Virus record (IMG/VR): IMGVR_UViG_3300027791_000013
Coordinates: 7,516-71,515 of that record
Direction: 5' to 3' (one strand)
DNA from: a virus
DNA: 64,000 bases
The notes under the pieces: generated by a model
Seen by the model: only the letters and a program-made list of their open reading frames with translations
Told to the model about the DNA's origin: nothing
Databases searched by the model: none
Shown here: positions 9,802 to 18,343 of the stretch, piece after piece
Layout of the letters: every line of letters begins with the position of its first letter
Numbering within the stretch: the stretch's first letter is position 1
Position numbers and translations under genes: made by a program

Positions 9802-10744
9802 AAATATATTAGTAACCGGGGGTTATGGGTTTATAGGTGGTAATTTTATACGATTCCTACGAGATAACTTTCCACAACATAAGATAACGTGTGTAGATAA
9901 AGATGGTTACGCATCAAATAAAGATTATGTAAAAGGTTTATGTGATAAAGAGTATAAATTAGACATTGTTAATACATTAGAGTTAGAAAATGTTTTTTTA
10001 ACTAATGATAAGTTTGATTATATTTTCCACTTTGCAGCAGAATCACATGTTGATAACAGTATTAGTGGTCCAAAGGTTTTTATTGAATCAAATGTGCTCG
10101 GTACACAAAATATGCTAGAATGTTTCCGTAAAATTAATAATAACCACGGAAGATTCATCCATATAAGTACTGATGAGGTTTATGGACACTTAGGGTTCAA
10201 TGATCCATCATTTACTGAGTTAACCCCGATTGCACCTCGTTCTCCCTATGCTGCAAGTAAGGCATCAAGCGATCTCTTGTGTATGTCATATATTGAAACG
10301 TTCAATTGTAACATAAGTATAACGAGATGTTGTAATAACTATGGTCCTAATCAGCATAACGAAAAATTTATACCAACAATCATAAAATCCTTGAGTAAAG
10401 GTAAGAAAGTACCAATATATGGTGAGGGTTTGAACGTTCGTGAGTGGGTGCATGTACATGATCACAATTTAGCAGTTTGGGCCGTTGGTACTCAAGGTAA
10501 AAATGAAGTCTACAACATCGGATCAGGGTTAGAACTAGCAAACATTGAATTAGTAGACAAAATATGCACAATTATGGGTAAGGACTTAGATAAAAACGTT
10601 ATTTTTGTTAAAGATAGGCTTGGTCATGACTTTAGATACAGTATTAATTGTAATAAAATCAAAAAAGACTTGTTATATGAACCATTATACAATGATTTCG
10701 ACGAGCAATTAAAAGAATTAGTTAAAATTTATGGGGAAAAATAA
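9788..10744 (+). CDS. rmlB: dTDP/NDP-glucose 4,6-dehydratase
   Basis: VTGGYGFIG, HFAAESHVDNSI, HISTDEVYG, PYAASKA, NNYGPNQHNEKFIP, DRLGHDFRY. Confidence 0.93.
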   Translation: MQKSKNILVTGGYGFIGGNFIRFLRDNFPQHKITCVDKDGYASNKDYVKGLCDKEYKLDIVNTLELENVFLTNDKFDYIFHFAAESHVDNSISGPKVFIESNVLGTQNMLECFRKINNNHGRFIHISTDEVYGHLGFNDPSFTELTPIAPRSPYAASKASSDLLCMSYIETFNCNISITRCCNNYGPNQHNEKFIPTIIKSLSKGKKVPIYGEGLNVREWVHVHDHNLAVWAVGTQGKNEVYNIGSGLELANIELVDKICTIMGKDLDKNVIFVKDRLGHDFRYSINCNKIKKDLLYEPLYNDFDEQLKELVKIYGEK

Positions 10745-11009
10745 AATAAACTCAGGAAATTTATATGCCTGTCATCATGGACCATATGCAGGTCAGTTAT
10801 TTGCGTTTATTTGCCGAAATAAAACGGAACAGACGTATAATTTTATTAGAATGCCTGAAATGATAACGACAAAAATACCTCAAAAGGACTTTGAAGATGG
10901 TTTAGAAAAGGATATTATCAAATACGTTGAGAAAGTACCGGCATATGTTAATAAAGTTATAATGGCACAGTATAAAAAAAATGAAAATACTAACGATAGA
11001 CGGAAATAA
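10731..11009 (+). CDS. Hypothetical protein
   Basis: 92-aa ORF overlapping neighbours. Confidence 0.6.
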   Translation: MGKNKINSGNLYACHHGPYAGQLFAFICRNKTEQTYNFIRMPEMITTKIPQKDFEDGLEKDIIKYVEKVPAYVNKVIMAQYKKNENTNDRRK

Positions 11010-11865
11010 TTTAGTACACCGAGTGTATTGGGTAGCAAATAACATAAAAAACGTATCAGAAAACTATCACGTTTATATGTTCCTTAATAGCGTTAAGAGT
11101 TATGTGGAAATGTACCAACCAGATAAGGTTATATGTGTGTGGGATGAAAAACCTGACTATAGACCCAATAAACGTAAGGAACTCTTAGAAGATTATAAAG
11201 GAAACCGGGACCCGGAGTATGGTAAAGAGGTACATAATAAGAATGATATGATTAAAGAAATGCTTAATACATTAGGTATACCATCGATTTTTCCAAGATC
11301 ATACGAAGCTGATGACGTTATTAAGATAATTAACGACGCATACGATAAATTAAGTCAGACTAAATTTTATTTAACTAAAAAATTATTTAAACATATTATT
11401 ATAACCGTAGATAAAGACCTATGCCAGTTAATATCACATAAAGTCTCTGTATATGATCCGATAAAAAAGGTTGAAATTAATAAAGAAAATTTTGAAGAGG
11501 TGTTAAACTATAGTATAAAGGATTTTATTAAAGTAAAGGCCTTAACCGGTGATAAAAGTGATAATATACCCGGTTTAAAAGGTTTTGGTAAAGTTAAAGT
11601 AAAAAAGTTTCTAGCTGGTGATGTAGTTTTAACTGAAAAGGAAAACGATATATATAAAAGAAATTTAGAATTAGTTACATTGACTGATGATAAAGATGAA
11701 AAAGAATATGTAGTTAATCAGTTATCTGAAATTAAAGATGAAACGGACTATGAACAGTTTAAAAAATTAAGTAAAGATTATAATTTAAGTCAAATTCTTA
11801 AAAATGATACAAAATGGTACACTACATTTTTCCAGAAAAATAGATTATTAGAGTTACTATCTTAA
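10981..11865 (+). CDS. 5'-3' exonuclease / RNase H (T4 rnh-like, FEN family)
   Basis: IDGNNL, YKGNR, YEADDVI, TVDKDLCQL, LTGDKSDNIPG. Confidence 0.92.
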   Translation: MKILTIDGNNLVHRVYWVANNIKNVSENYHVYMFLNSVKSYVEMYQPDKVICVWDEKPDYRPNKRKELLEDYKGNRDPEYGKEVHNKNDMIKEMLNTLGIPSIFPRSYEADDVIKIINDAYDKLSQTKFYLTKKLFKHIIITVDKDLCQLISHKVSVYDPIKKVEINKENFEEVLNYSIKDFIKVKALTGDKSDNIPGLKGFGKVKVKKFLAGDVVLTEKENDIYKRNLELVTLTDDKDEKEYVVNQLSEIKDETDYEQFKKLSKDYNLSQILKNDTKWYTTFFQKNRLLELLS

Positions 11866-11873
11866 ATATTAAT

Positions 11874-12119
11874 ATGCAAGATCAATTTATTAATCCTCAG
11901 CAAATTCGTTCACCATATACAGGTGAGACAGTTAGACCTACTTATAATACATACAATGCCAATGGTAAAACATACGAACAAGCAGTTATGTCCGACCCGG
12001 TTACTGGTCATATTATTAAAAAAGGTTTAGTTTCTATTAAAGATGCTAAGACTGGTGAACTTATTCAAGATTATAAAGGTGCTTTAAGTCAAAGTATGAC
12101 CACTCAAAGTAGAGGTTAG
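11874..12119 (+). CDS. Hypothetical protein
   Basis: 81-aa ORF preceded by TAAATA-N5-ATG. Confidence 0.65.
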   Translation: MQDQFINPQQIRSPYTGETVRPTYNTYNANGKTYEQAVMSDPVTGHIIKKGLVSIKDAKTGELIQDYKGALSQSMTTQSRG

Positions 12120-12121
12120 GC

Positions 12122-12149
12122 TTGAAATATAATATATTGCATTTATAAT
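12122..12149 (+). promoter_or_regulatory. Sigma70-like promoter TTGAAA-N16-TATAAT
   Basis: Ends 6 nt before the GTG start at 12156. Confidence 0.7.
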
Positions 12150-12155
12150 AAGAAT

Positions 12156-13187
12156 GTGATAGCTATACCAGAGCAATACGTTATAAACGTTTTATATGAG
12201 AATATCTATAAGATATCATATAATAAATATAATAAATCATATAATGGTTGTTGCCCTATCTGTAAAGAAGGTAACTCGTGGGGTAAGAAAAAACGGTTCT
12301 ATTATATACCTGATAAAGAGTTAGCATATTGCCATAACTGCGGGTATAGTAAAAAAGCTCTTACTTTTATTACTGAAGTAACGAATAAATCTTTACATGA
12401 AATTATAAATGAAGTTAAAGAGTTTGATATAGAGATTTTACCTATAGAAGAACCTAAAGAAGTAAAAAAGGTAATAGATAAAAGTCTACCGGAAGATTGT
12501 ATTAACTTATCTGATATAAGTCAAATTGAGTACTATAAAGATAATACAGTTGTAAAAACAGCTTTACAATTAATTAAAGATAGAAAACTCAACAAAGGTA
12601 TTAATAAACCTAAAACGTTTTATATATCATTAAAAGATGTGGTACATAAAAATAGATTAATATTACCGTTTTATGATGAAAATGATGATATAATATTTTA
12701 TCAATCTAGAGGTTTAACTAAAAAAGATCTATTTGAAAGACCGAAATACCTTAGTAAGGTAGGAGCAGAAAGAAGCTTATACGGTATGCAAAATATAAAT
12801 TCTAATTTAGATAACGTGTTTATATTTGAAGGTCCGATTGATAGTTATTTTGTTGAAAACGGTTTAGCTACCTGCGGTATTACTGAGAGAAGCGATAAGA
12901 TGTTTACTAGTTTACAGAAGGAGCAGATCAATAAACTAAACTTATATGAAAAAATTTATGTATTAGATAACCAGTACTGTGATAAAGCTGCTTTAAGTAA
13001 AAGTATCATATTAGCTGATAATAATGAAAAGGTTTTTATATGGCCTAAAGAGTTAAAGCGTTTTAAAGACTTTAATGATATATGTGTTGCTGGTAATAAA
13101 GACAAAATAAAACCTGAATTTATATTAAAAAATACTCATTCAGGTCTTAAAGCTAAATTATTATTAACCGAGATTAAAAATAGTTAG
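12156..13187 (+). CDS. DNA primase (T4 gp61-like)
   Basis: Zn finger CPIC...CHNCG, RLILPF, YQSR, TOPRIM FEGPIDS, KDFND. Confidence 0.92.
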   Translation: MIAIPEQYVINVLYENIYKISYNKYNKSYNGCCPICKEGNSWGKKKRFYYIPDKELAYCHNCGYSKKALTFITEVTNKSLHEIINEVKEFDIEILPIEEPKEVKKVIDKSLPEDCINLSDISQIEYYKDNTVVKTALQLIKDRKLNKGINKPKTFYISLKDVVHKNRLILPFYDENDDIIFYQSRGLTKKDLFERPKYLSKVGAERSLYGMQNINSNLDNVFIFEGPIDSYFVENGLATCGITERSDKMFTSLQKEQINKLNLYEKIYVLDNQYCDKAALSKSIILADNNEKVFIWPKELKRFKDFNDICVAGNKDKIKPEFILKNTHSGLKAKLLLTEIKNS

Positions 13188-13699
13188 TTACGCATATATT
13201 GACCAACATCACGGTAACCCATTTGATCTTGTAAAAATCCTTTTAATATAACAAATTCTCCTCCACTTAGATTAACTAAGTATTCTAAATCAGCATCTCC
13301 AATAGAATTAGCGAACTTTTCAGCCTTATCTTCAAAATTAGAAGCTTCTCCTACTGATTCATCTTCTTCTGGGTATTCAAACCCGTAATGATCTTCAAAT
13401 GCATCTGCACCGTGCTCTTTATAAAATACTTCTTGCTCAGCACTAGCAGCTTCTTTACCTCTCATTATATTCTTTTCTCTACTCTCGTTGTCTTCTCCGC
13501 CTTTTCTTTTTCTAAAGAAGAATCTTTGTAATGAATTATAAGCCCAATCATTACGATCAAAAGTTTCGAATGTTTGAGCAATCTCGTACTCAGCTGGTGT
13601 TAAGGTTGAAAGTTCCTCTAGAGGGGTATTCTCTAAAGTTTCATTAGGCATATCTTGATAAGCTTCGAAAATTAAATCTGTCTCAAATTTATTGTGCAT
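13184..13699 (-). CDS. Hypothetical acidic protein, putative head internal protein
   Basis: N-terminal DLIFEAY shared with the next ORF; TAAATA-N5-ATG. Confidence 0.6.
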   Translation of the reverse strand: MHNKFETDLIFEAYQDMPNETLENTPLEELSTLTPAEYEIAQTFETFDRNDWAYNSLQRFFFRKRKGGEDNESREKNIMRGKEAASAEQEVFYKEHGADAFEDHYGFEYPEEDESVGEASNFEDKAEKFANSIGDADLEYLVNLSGGEFVILKGFLQDQMGYRDVGQYMRN

Positions 13700-13727
13700 A
13701 TTATTATTTAATTAAATACTGTTATTA

Positions 13728-14090
13728 TTATTTTTGCACATTACCAGTAAAACCTTTAATACGAGATCCAGTGGATATAAAATCAGCATACTGATTTAAT
13801 GTTTTTAATTCCCCTACGATTGCTTGTAATGAGTTTGCAATGTCTTTCGTTGAATCTTCTTCATCTTCTTCTTCCATTTCACCGTGAGTCTTATTAGATT
13901 GCGCACTAGGTGGTCGAGTTTTTCTATATCTACCACCCGAACCATCGCTTGCAGCATCTACACCACTTGGCGCGCCACCACGCTTCATATCAAATGATTT
14001 ACCTTTAGGAGCTTTGGAAGTACCAGCTTCCCAATTTTCAGTTAAAGTTTCGGTATAAGCTTCAAAAATTAAATCTTGATCATTAGTCAT
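13728..14090 (-). CDS. Hypothetical protein, putative head internal protein
   Basis: MTNDQDLIFEAYTETLTE N-terminus; TAAATA-N5-ATG. Confidence 0.6.
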   Translation of the reverse strand: MTNDQDLIFEAYTETLTENWEAGTSKAPKGKSFDMKRGGAPSGVDAASDGSGGRYRKTRPPSAQSNKTHGEMEEEDEEDSTKDIANSLQAIVGELKTLNQYADFISTGSRIKGFTGNVQK

Positions 14091-14098
14091 ATTATTAT

Positions 14099-14515
14099 TT
14101 AATTAAATTTATATTTAGGATCATTAGCACCTGCTAAATAACCTTTTAGTATTTCACTTAAGGACGATACTTCCATCGCTACTCTAGCAATCTTTTTTGT
14201 TTCAGCATTTGAAATACTATCAAAAATTGTATCTCCTTCTGCTGAATTAAGAGAAGTTTGGATACTATCTGAAGTACCATTTAAGTAATTAGAAAATTCA
14301 TCCATCTTTTGAATCCAACCATTTAATTCCTCAAACATCTGTCTAGACTGAGAGCTTATTGCTCCCTCATCATTTGCAGGAACGTCAACATCAAAATCTT
14401 CAGGAGAAGTCTCAGGTTCAAGGGTAGAAGCCATTGCTTCTTGATCTGTTAACTCGGTATTTTCATTATCTTGTTCAGATAAAAACTTTTTAAATCGTTT
14501 TTGGTATAAGCTCAT
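14099..14515 (-). CDS. Hypothetical acidic protein
   Basis: MSLYQKRFKKFLSE N-terminus; TATAAATA-N5-ATG. Confidence 0.65.
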   Translation of the reverse strand: MSLYQKRFKKFLSEQDNENTELTDQEAMASTLEPETSPEDFDVDVPANDEGAISSQSRQMFEELNGWIQKMDEFSNYLNGTSDSIQTSLNSAEGDTIFDSISNAETKKIARVAMEVSSLSEILKGYLAGANDPKYKFN

Positions 14516-14520
14516 ACTAT

Positions 14521-14532
14521 TATTTATAAATA
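14521..14532. promoter_or_regulatory. Overlapping divergent T4-type late promoters (palindrome TATTTATAAATA)
   Basis: TATAAATA on both strands, each 5 nt from an ATG (14515 minus, 14538 plus). Confidence 0.75.
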
Positions 14533-14537
14533 TTTAT

Positions 14538-14918
14538 ATGCAATCTACTATTAAATTCAAAGACTTCGTAAAATTACTTGGAGAAGACGCTGGTTCTGAA
14601 ATGATGCCCAACGTTACAAGAGACCAACCAGGTCAAAAAACAGAGTATCCCTCCGAGCCATCTAGTGTTCGAGACATATTTGATAAACAAAATCGCACTG
14701 ATGTAGCTCCTGAAAATATACCATATCCATTAAATGAATTCGATGACGTGGTGGCTAGTGCATTTGTATCTATACAGAACTTAGAAGAGTTGTTAAAGAT
14801 AGCAAACACGAATTCAGTAATTAAAAATAAAAAGCCATTAGACAGTATTGGTAAAGAGATAGTTGAAATAAAAGGAAGATTAGTTGATATTAGCAAAAAG
14901 GTTAGTAAAATAAAATAA
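14538..14918 (+). CDS. Hypothetical protein
   Basis: MQSTIKFKDFVKLLGE N-terminus; late promoter upstream. Confidence 0.65.
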   Translation: MQSTIKFKDFVKLLGEDAGSEMMPNVTRDQPGQKTEYPSEPSSVRDIFDKQNRTDVAPENIPYPLNEFDDVVASAFVSIQNLEELLKIANTNSVIKNKKPLDSIGKEIVEIKGRLVDISKKVSKIK

Positions 14919-15280
14919 TGATAAAAGTAATAACGTCGTTAGCGCTAACTTTGTTAGTTAGTGGTATATTTGGTATACTCTTTAGAGATTGGTTAGTGTT
15001 TGGATTGGTTACAATATTGCAAATTTTATTTTTTTATTTTTTCAATACTATATATGAAAATTTTTTAATAAAAAGAGCTATCGAAATTGGTGCAGAAACA
15101 GAAAAAGTAATATATGATAATACTACTAAAGTAGATTGCCCATGTGGTTCTTCTCAAGAGATTACTTTATCTCTAACTGAAGATACTATATACCGGTGTG
15201 ATGCATGTAAAAATGAAATTAGAGCTACTACTAGTATAGGTACTGCATTAGTAACAACACCTTTAGTAACTAAGAGTTAA
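14918..15280 (+). CDS. Membrane protein with C-terminal Zn-ribbon
   Basis: Two hydrophobic N-terminal segments; CPCG...CDAC. Confidence 0.65.
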   Translation: MIKVITSLALTLLVSGIFGILFRDWLVFGLVTILQILFFYFFNTIYENFLIKRAIEIGAETEKVIYDNTTKVDCPCGSSQEITLSLTEDTIYRCDACKNEIRATTSIGTALVTTPLVTKS

Positions 15281-15690
15281 TGGATGATATAGACCAAATT
15301 GCTAATAGAGTGGCTGTAGACGTACCAAGTACCACTCTAAAATTAAATAATACAAAACAAGAACTAACTGTTGAACAAATTATAGAGTTTTTTACTGGTG
15401 AAGATAGTGAGAAAAAAACACAAATGATTACAGGTAGGGTCTACCAAAAAAATAAAAAACTTAAATTTTTTGAAACCTTTTTTAAACTAGTTGAAGAAGA
15501 AATTGTTAAACTTGAAAGTAAAAACAATAAAGATTTAGATAATTCATTTTTTAATTTAAATAAAAAACTTCTATCAACTAATATCTATAATATAAAAGAA
15601 ATTATTAATCTTTACGGTATTGATCAAGATAGATTAGTTACATTTTTAATCGGAACTGTGATACAATCTATGTATGATAAAAAAGACTGA
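15280..15690 (+). CDS. Hypothetical protein
   Basis: 136-aa ORF, TAATG-coupled to the previous gene. Confidence 0.6.
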   Translation: MDDIDQIANRVAVDVPSTTLKLNNTKQELTVEQIIEFFTGEDSEKKTQMITGRVYQKNKKLKFFETFFKLVEEEIVKLESKNNKDLDNSFFNLNKKLLSTNIYNIKEIINLYGIDQDRLVTFLIGTVIQSMYDKKD

Positions 15691-15937
15691 TGATATAATT
15701 CAAGAATATGGTATAGATTTTGTTGCAAGATTTGCATGTTTATACGAAGGTGTTAATGTAGCTTGTAGCAGAGCTGAACGAATAGGGTATGATACGGAAT
15801 TTAGTTCAGCTTGGATTAAACCTACTGCTTTTCAAAAATATGTCGATGAAAGATATTTAGATATGAAGTATGATATTCAACTATATTTGAGAGGAATTGA
15901 TACAGATGAAATTTATCCCTGGAAAGACGTTTATTAA
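15674..15937 (+). CDS. Hypothetical protein
   Basis: 87-aa ORF in operon. Confidence 0.6.
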   Translation: MIKKTDDIIQEYGIDFVARFACLYEGVNVACSRAERIGYDTEFSSAWIKPTAFQKYVDERYLDMKYDIQLYLRGIDTDEIYPWKDVY

Positions 15938-16115
15938 TAGAACTGAAAATAATACAAGATTATTTTCTAGAAATAAGTTATATATTCTTCATGATATTAA
16001 AAAACTAGATAGTGGTCAATTTTCTTATACCTTTTTAGTCGATAATAAAAGTAAAGAAATTAAATTTGAATCACTTAAACAAGCTGAAGATTGGTTAGAT
16101 ACTATTTCAATTTAA
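15906..16115 (+). CDS. Hypothetical protein
   Basis: ~69-aa ORF; ATG at 15906 preferred. Confidence 0.5.
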   Translation: MKFIPGKTFINRTENNTRLFSRNKLYILHDIKKLDSGQFSYTFLVDNKSKEIKFESLKQAEDWLDTISI

Positions 16116-17062
16116 TAGTAATCACCGTACACATCAGTATCATTATTTGACATATCAAATACTTCATCTTTACTAGTTTTATCAGCGTTATATTCTCTGT
16201 AATCTTCTCGTTTCTTTAGTGTTTCAGGATTTGAACCTCCTGGTAATCTACCGGCAAAGGCATCTTCATAGACTTGATCATTGGTCAGTGTTTCACCACC
16301 TGCGCATAAACCAGCTTGTAAAGTAAATAAATCTTCTGCTGCTATGTCTGATAATCGACTTGTATCAGTAGATAAATCTGCAAATCTAACTTCACTTGAA
16401 ACATTATTGAAATTTATATTAGGTTCAAAGCTGTAATCTAAGCGTTTTGCTTTCAATAAAAAGACGTAATGACCTTGTAAATTATTAATTTGTGATATGT
16501 CTTGGTCTAATTTTTCAGTAATTTCGAAAAATTTAGATTGCCTATTATTAGGTCTATCATTACCGTACTCAGTTAGTTCGAATACATCACCAGCTTTTGG
16601 TTCTACTATAGGACCAAATTCAAAATACCTATCATAAACACCTTCTGGTATTTTACCATTTACAATATTATCTGTACCGAATTGTTCGAATACTGAAGAT
16701 AATGTATAAAATTCATCATAAAATGAAGATATATGAATATAAGCAGTTATATCATCATCACTTTCAAAACCAAATTTAGATAAAGTAATTGCATTTTCAT
16801 TCAACGTAACTGCCAAAGTAATCCTTCTTGGGTCGGCAAATGTTTGCGTTGGTTGTTCACCGTAGAAGTTATCTGCACTTAATGTATTGTATGTATTAAC
16901 GTAGTAGTTTACTTTAACCCCGTATTGGTTAATTTGCTCTCTCCACCAATTAGAGAATAGTATACGTTCACTTGCTTGAATTGATTTATCAGTAAATCTA
17001 TAACAAGTTTCATCGGTCTGTACTAGACCAGGGTAATCACAATTATAATCTATTTTACTCAT
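16112..17062 (-). CDS. Neck / head-closure protein (T4 gp14-like)
   Basis: EQINQYGVKVNY, FYGE, LSKFG..SDD.ITAYI, PKAGDV, FFEITE. Confidence 0.78.
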   Translation of the reverse strand: MSKIDYNCDYPGLVQTDETCYRFTDKSIQASERILFSNWWREQINQYGVKVNYYVNTYNTLSADNFYGEQPTQTFADPRRITLAVTLNENAITLSKFGFESDDDITAYIHISSFYDEFYTLSSVFEQFGTDNIVNGKIPEGVYDRYFEFGPIVEPKAGDVFELTEYGNDRPNNRQSKFFEITEKLDQDISQINNLQGHYVFLLKAKRLDYSFEPNINFNNVSSEVRFADLSTDTSRLSDIAAEDLFTLQAGLCAGGETLTNDQVYEDAFAGRLPGGSNPETLKKREDYREYNADKTSKDEVFDMSNNDTDVYGDYY

Positions 17063-17403
17063 CGCTCTAAAACAAATTTCTTTAATTTTTTATCGAAATA
17101 TAACTGTATACCAGTACTACCTAATTTTTTAATTTGACCTTTCATTGGTATTACTTTATATTCTCTTCGTATATAATCTAAATCTGACGTACCACAAACC
17201 TTTTTACCTGTACTACCTCTTAATTGTTCGATAGTTTGGTTCTTAGATGGGTCAGTTTTTACATAACCAGGTACAATATTTTCATGCTTTCTAATATAAC
17301 GACCATCTGAACTACTACCTGGTATAGCTCTTCTATGTCTATGATTGATACCAGGTTTAGTCCCTTGGTATTTATTTTCAAAAAACTTATGAAATTTTAT
17401 CAT
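17059..17403 (-). CDS. Hypothetical basic protein
   Basis: MIKFHKFFE N-terminus; TAAATA-N5-ATG. Confidence 0.6.
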   Translation of the reverse strand: MIKFHKFFENKYQGTKPGINHRHRRAIPGSSSDGRYIRKHENIVPGYVKTDPSKNQTIEQLRGSTGKKVCGTSDLDYIRREYKVIPMKGQIKKLGSTGIQLYFDKKLKKFVLER

Positions 17404-17417
17404 AATTATATTTAAGC

Positions 17418-17450
17418 AAAAAAAAGCGCAACCATATTAATGATTGCGCT
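17418..17450 (-). terminator. Rho-independent terminator
   Basis: Minus strand AGCGCAATCA-loop-TGGTTGCGCT followed by a T run, just past the stop at 17471. Confidence 0.75.
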
Positions 17451-17470
17451 ATTTATTTTAAATCTACTTT

Positions 17471-18325
17471 TTATTGAATAAAGTCACCTTGAGTAACTGT
17501 ACTGTGAACTTTGTTTTGTTTACTTTGAAGTGCTGCTTTTCCATCAGCTAATGGTTTTGGTTCTGCATCTACATACTTTTTAGTTGAATCAGATGCTTTC
17601 TTTCCTTTTGCTTTAAGCTTACCAACCTTGTTATGACCAGGATGGGTTAAATTTGTACCAGCCGTGTCAGGTACTGCCTGCAACTCAACTGCTTCCTTAT
17701 GAGTGTCTTCATCCTCATCTTCATCATCTTCTTCAGCTTCTTCATATGATTGGAAACCTTCTTCACTCTCATAATCTTCTTCTGCATCATCATCATCATC
17801 ATCTCCCATGGCTGCTTGCAATAAATCGCAAAGTGACTTAGCCATTTCACGGTCAACCGTGATTGTAACTTCGTCTGATTCTGTTTCAGCAACATCGGTA
17901 TCAATACCAAGTGCGTCTAATTCCTGGGTTTCTTGATCAGAGTGCATTTCTTCACCCATCACATTTTCAAAAAGTTTATCAAAAGTAGATTTCATATAAT
18001 TATTTATACTCTCTTTTACTTTTTTCTCTATTTTTTTGTTATATTTTTCAGAAGAATAGTCTGCGCTATTATATAATTCGTCTTCCACTCCATTATGTTT
18101 AGGGTCTATAACGTTGGAATATGGGTGTTGCGTTTCACCTACATCAGCATTTTCAGGTCCTGACGAATTATTATTCGCAAAACCTTTCTTTATATCGTTT
18201 GGCTTAACAGGGGGCTTACCTGGTTTAGTACCCATTTTAGCTGCTTTTACACCAGGTGCTTTTTCAGATAAAATATTATTATTATATGTATCCCATATTT
18301 CGGTTAGAGTATTTACTCGAGTCAT
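17471..18325 (-). CDS. Hypothetical acidic/basic low-complexity protein, putative head core/internal protein
   Basis: Start reassigned to ATG 18325 (TATAAATA-N5-ATG); Asp/Glu tract; second in-frame promoter and ATG at 17995. Confidence 0.65.
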   Translation of the reverse strand: MTRVNTLTEIWDTYNNNILSEKAPGVKAAKMGTKPGKPPVKPNDIKKGFANNNSSGPENADVGETQHPYSNVIDPKHNGVEDELYNSADYSSEKYNKKIEKKVKESINNYMKSTFDKLFENVMGEEMHSDQETQELDALGIDTDVAETESDEVTITVDREMAKSLCDLLQAAMGDDDDDDAEEDYESEEGFQSYEEAEEDDEDEDEDTHKEAVELQAVPDTAGTNLTHPGHNKVGKLKAKGKKASDSTKKYVDAEPKPLADGKAALQSKQNKVHSTVTQGDFIQ

Positions 18326-18343
18326 GTAAATATTTATAGCGAG

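Noticed and set aside
17700-17805. TCA/TCT trinucleotide runs
   Set aside because: They simply encode the Asp/Glu tract of the minus-strand protein
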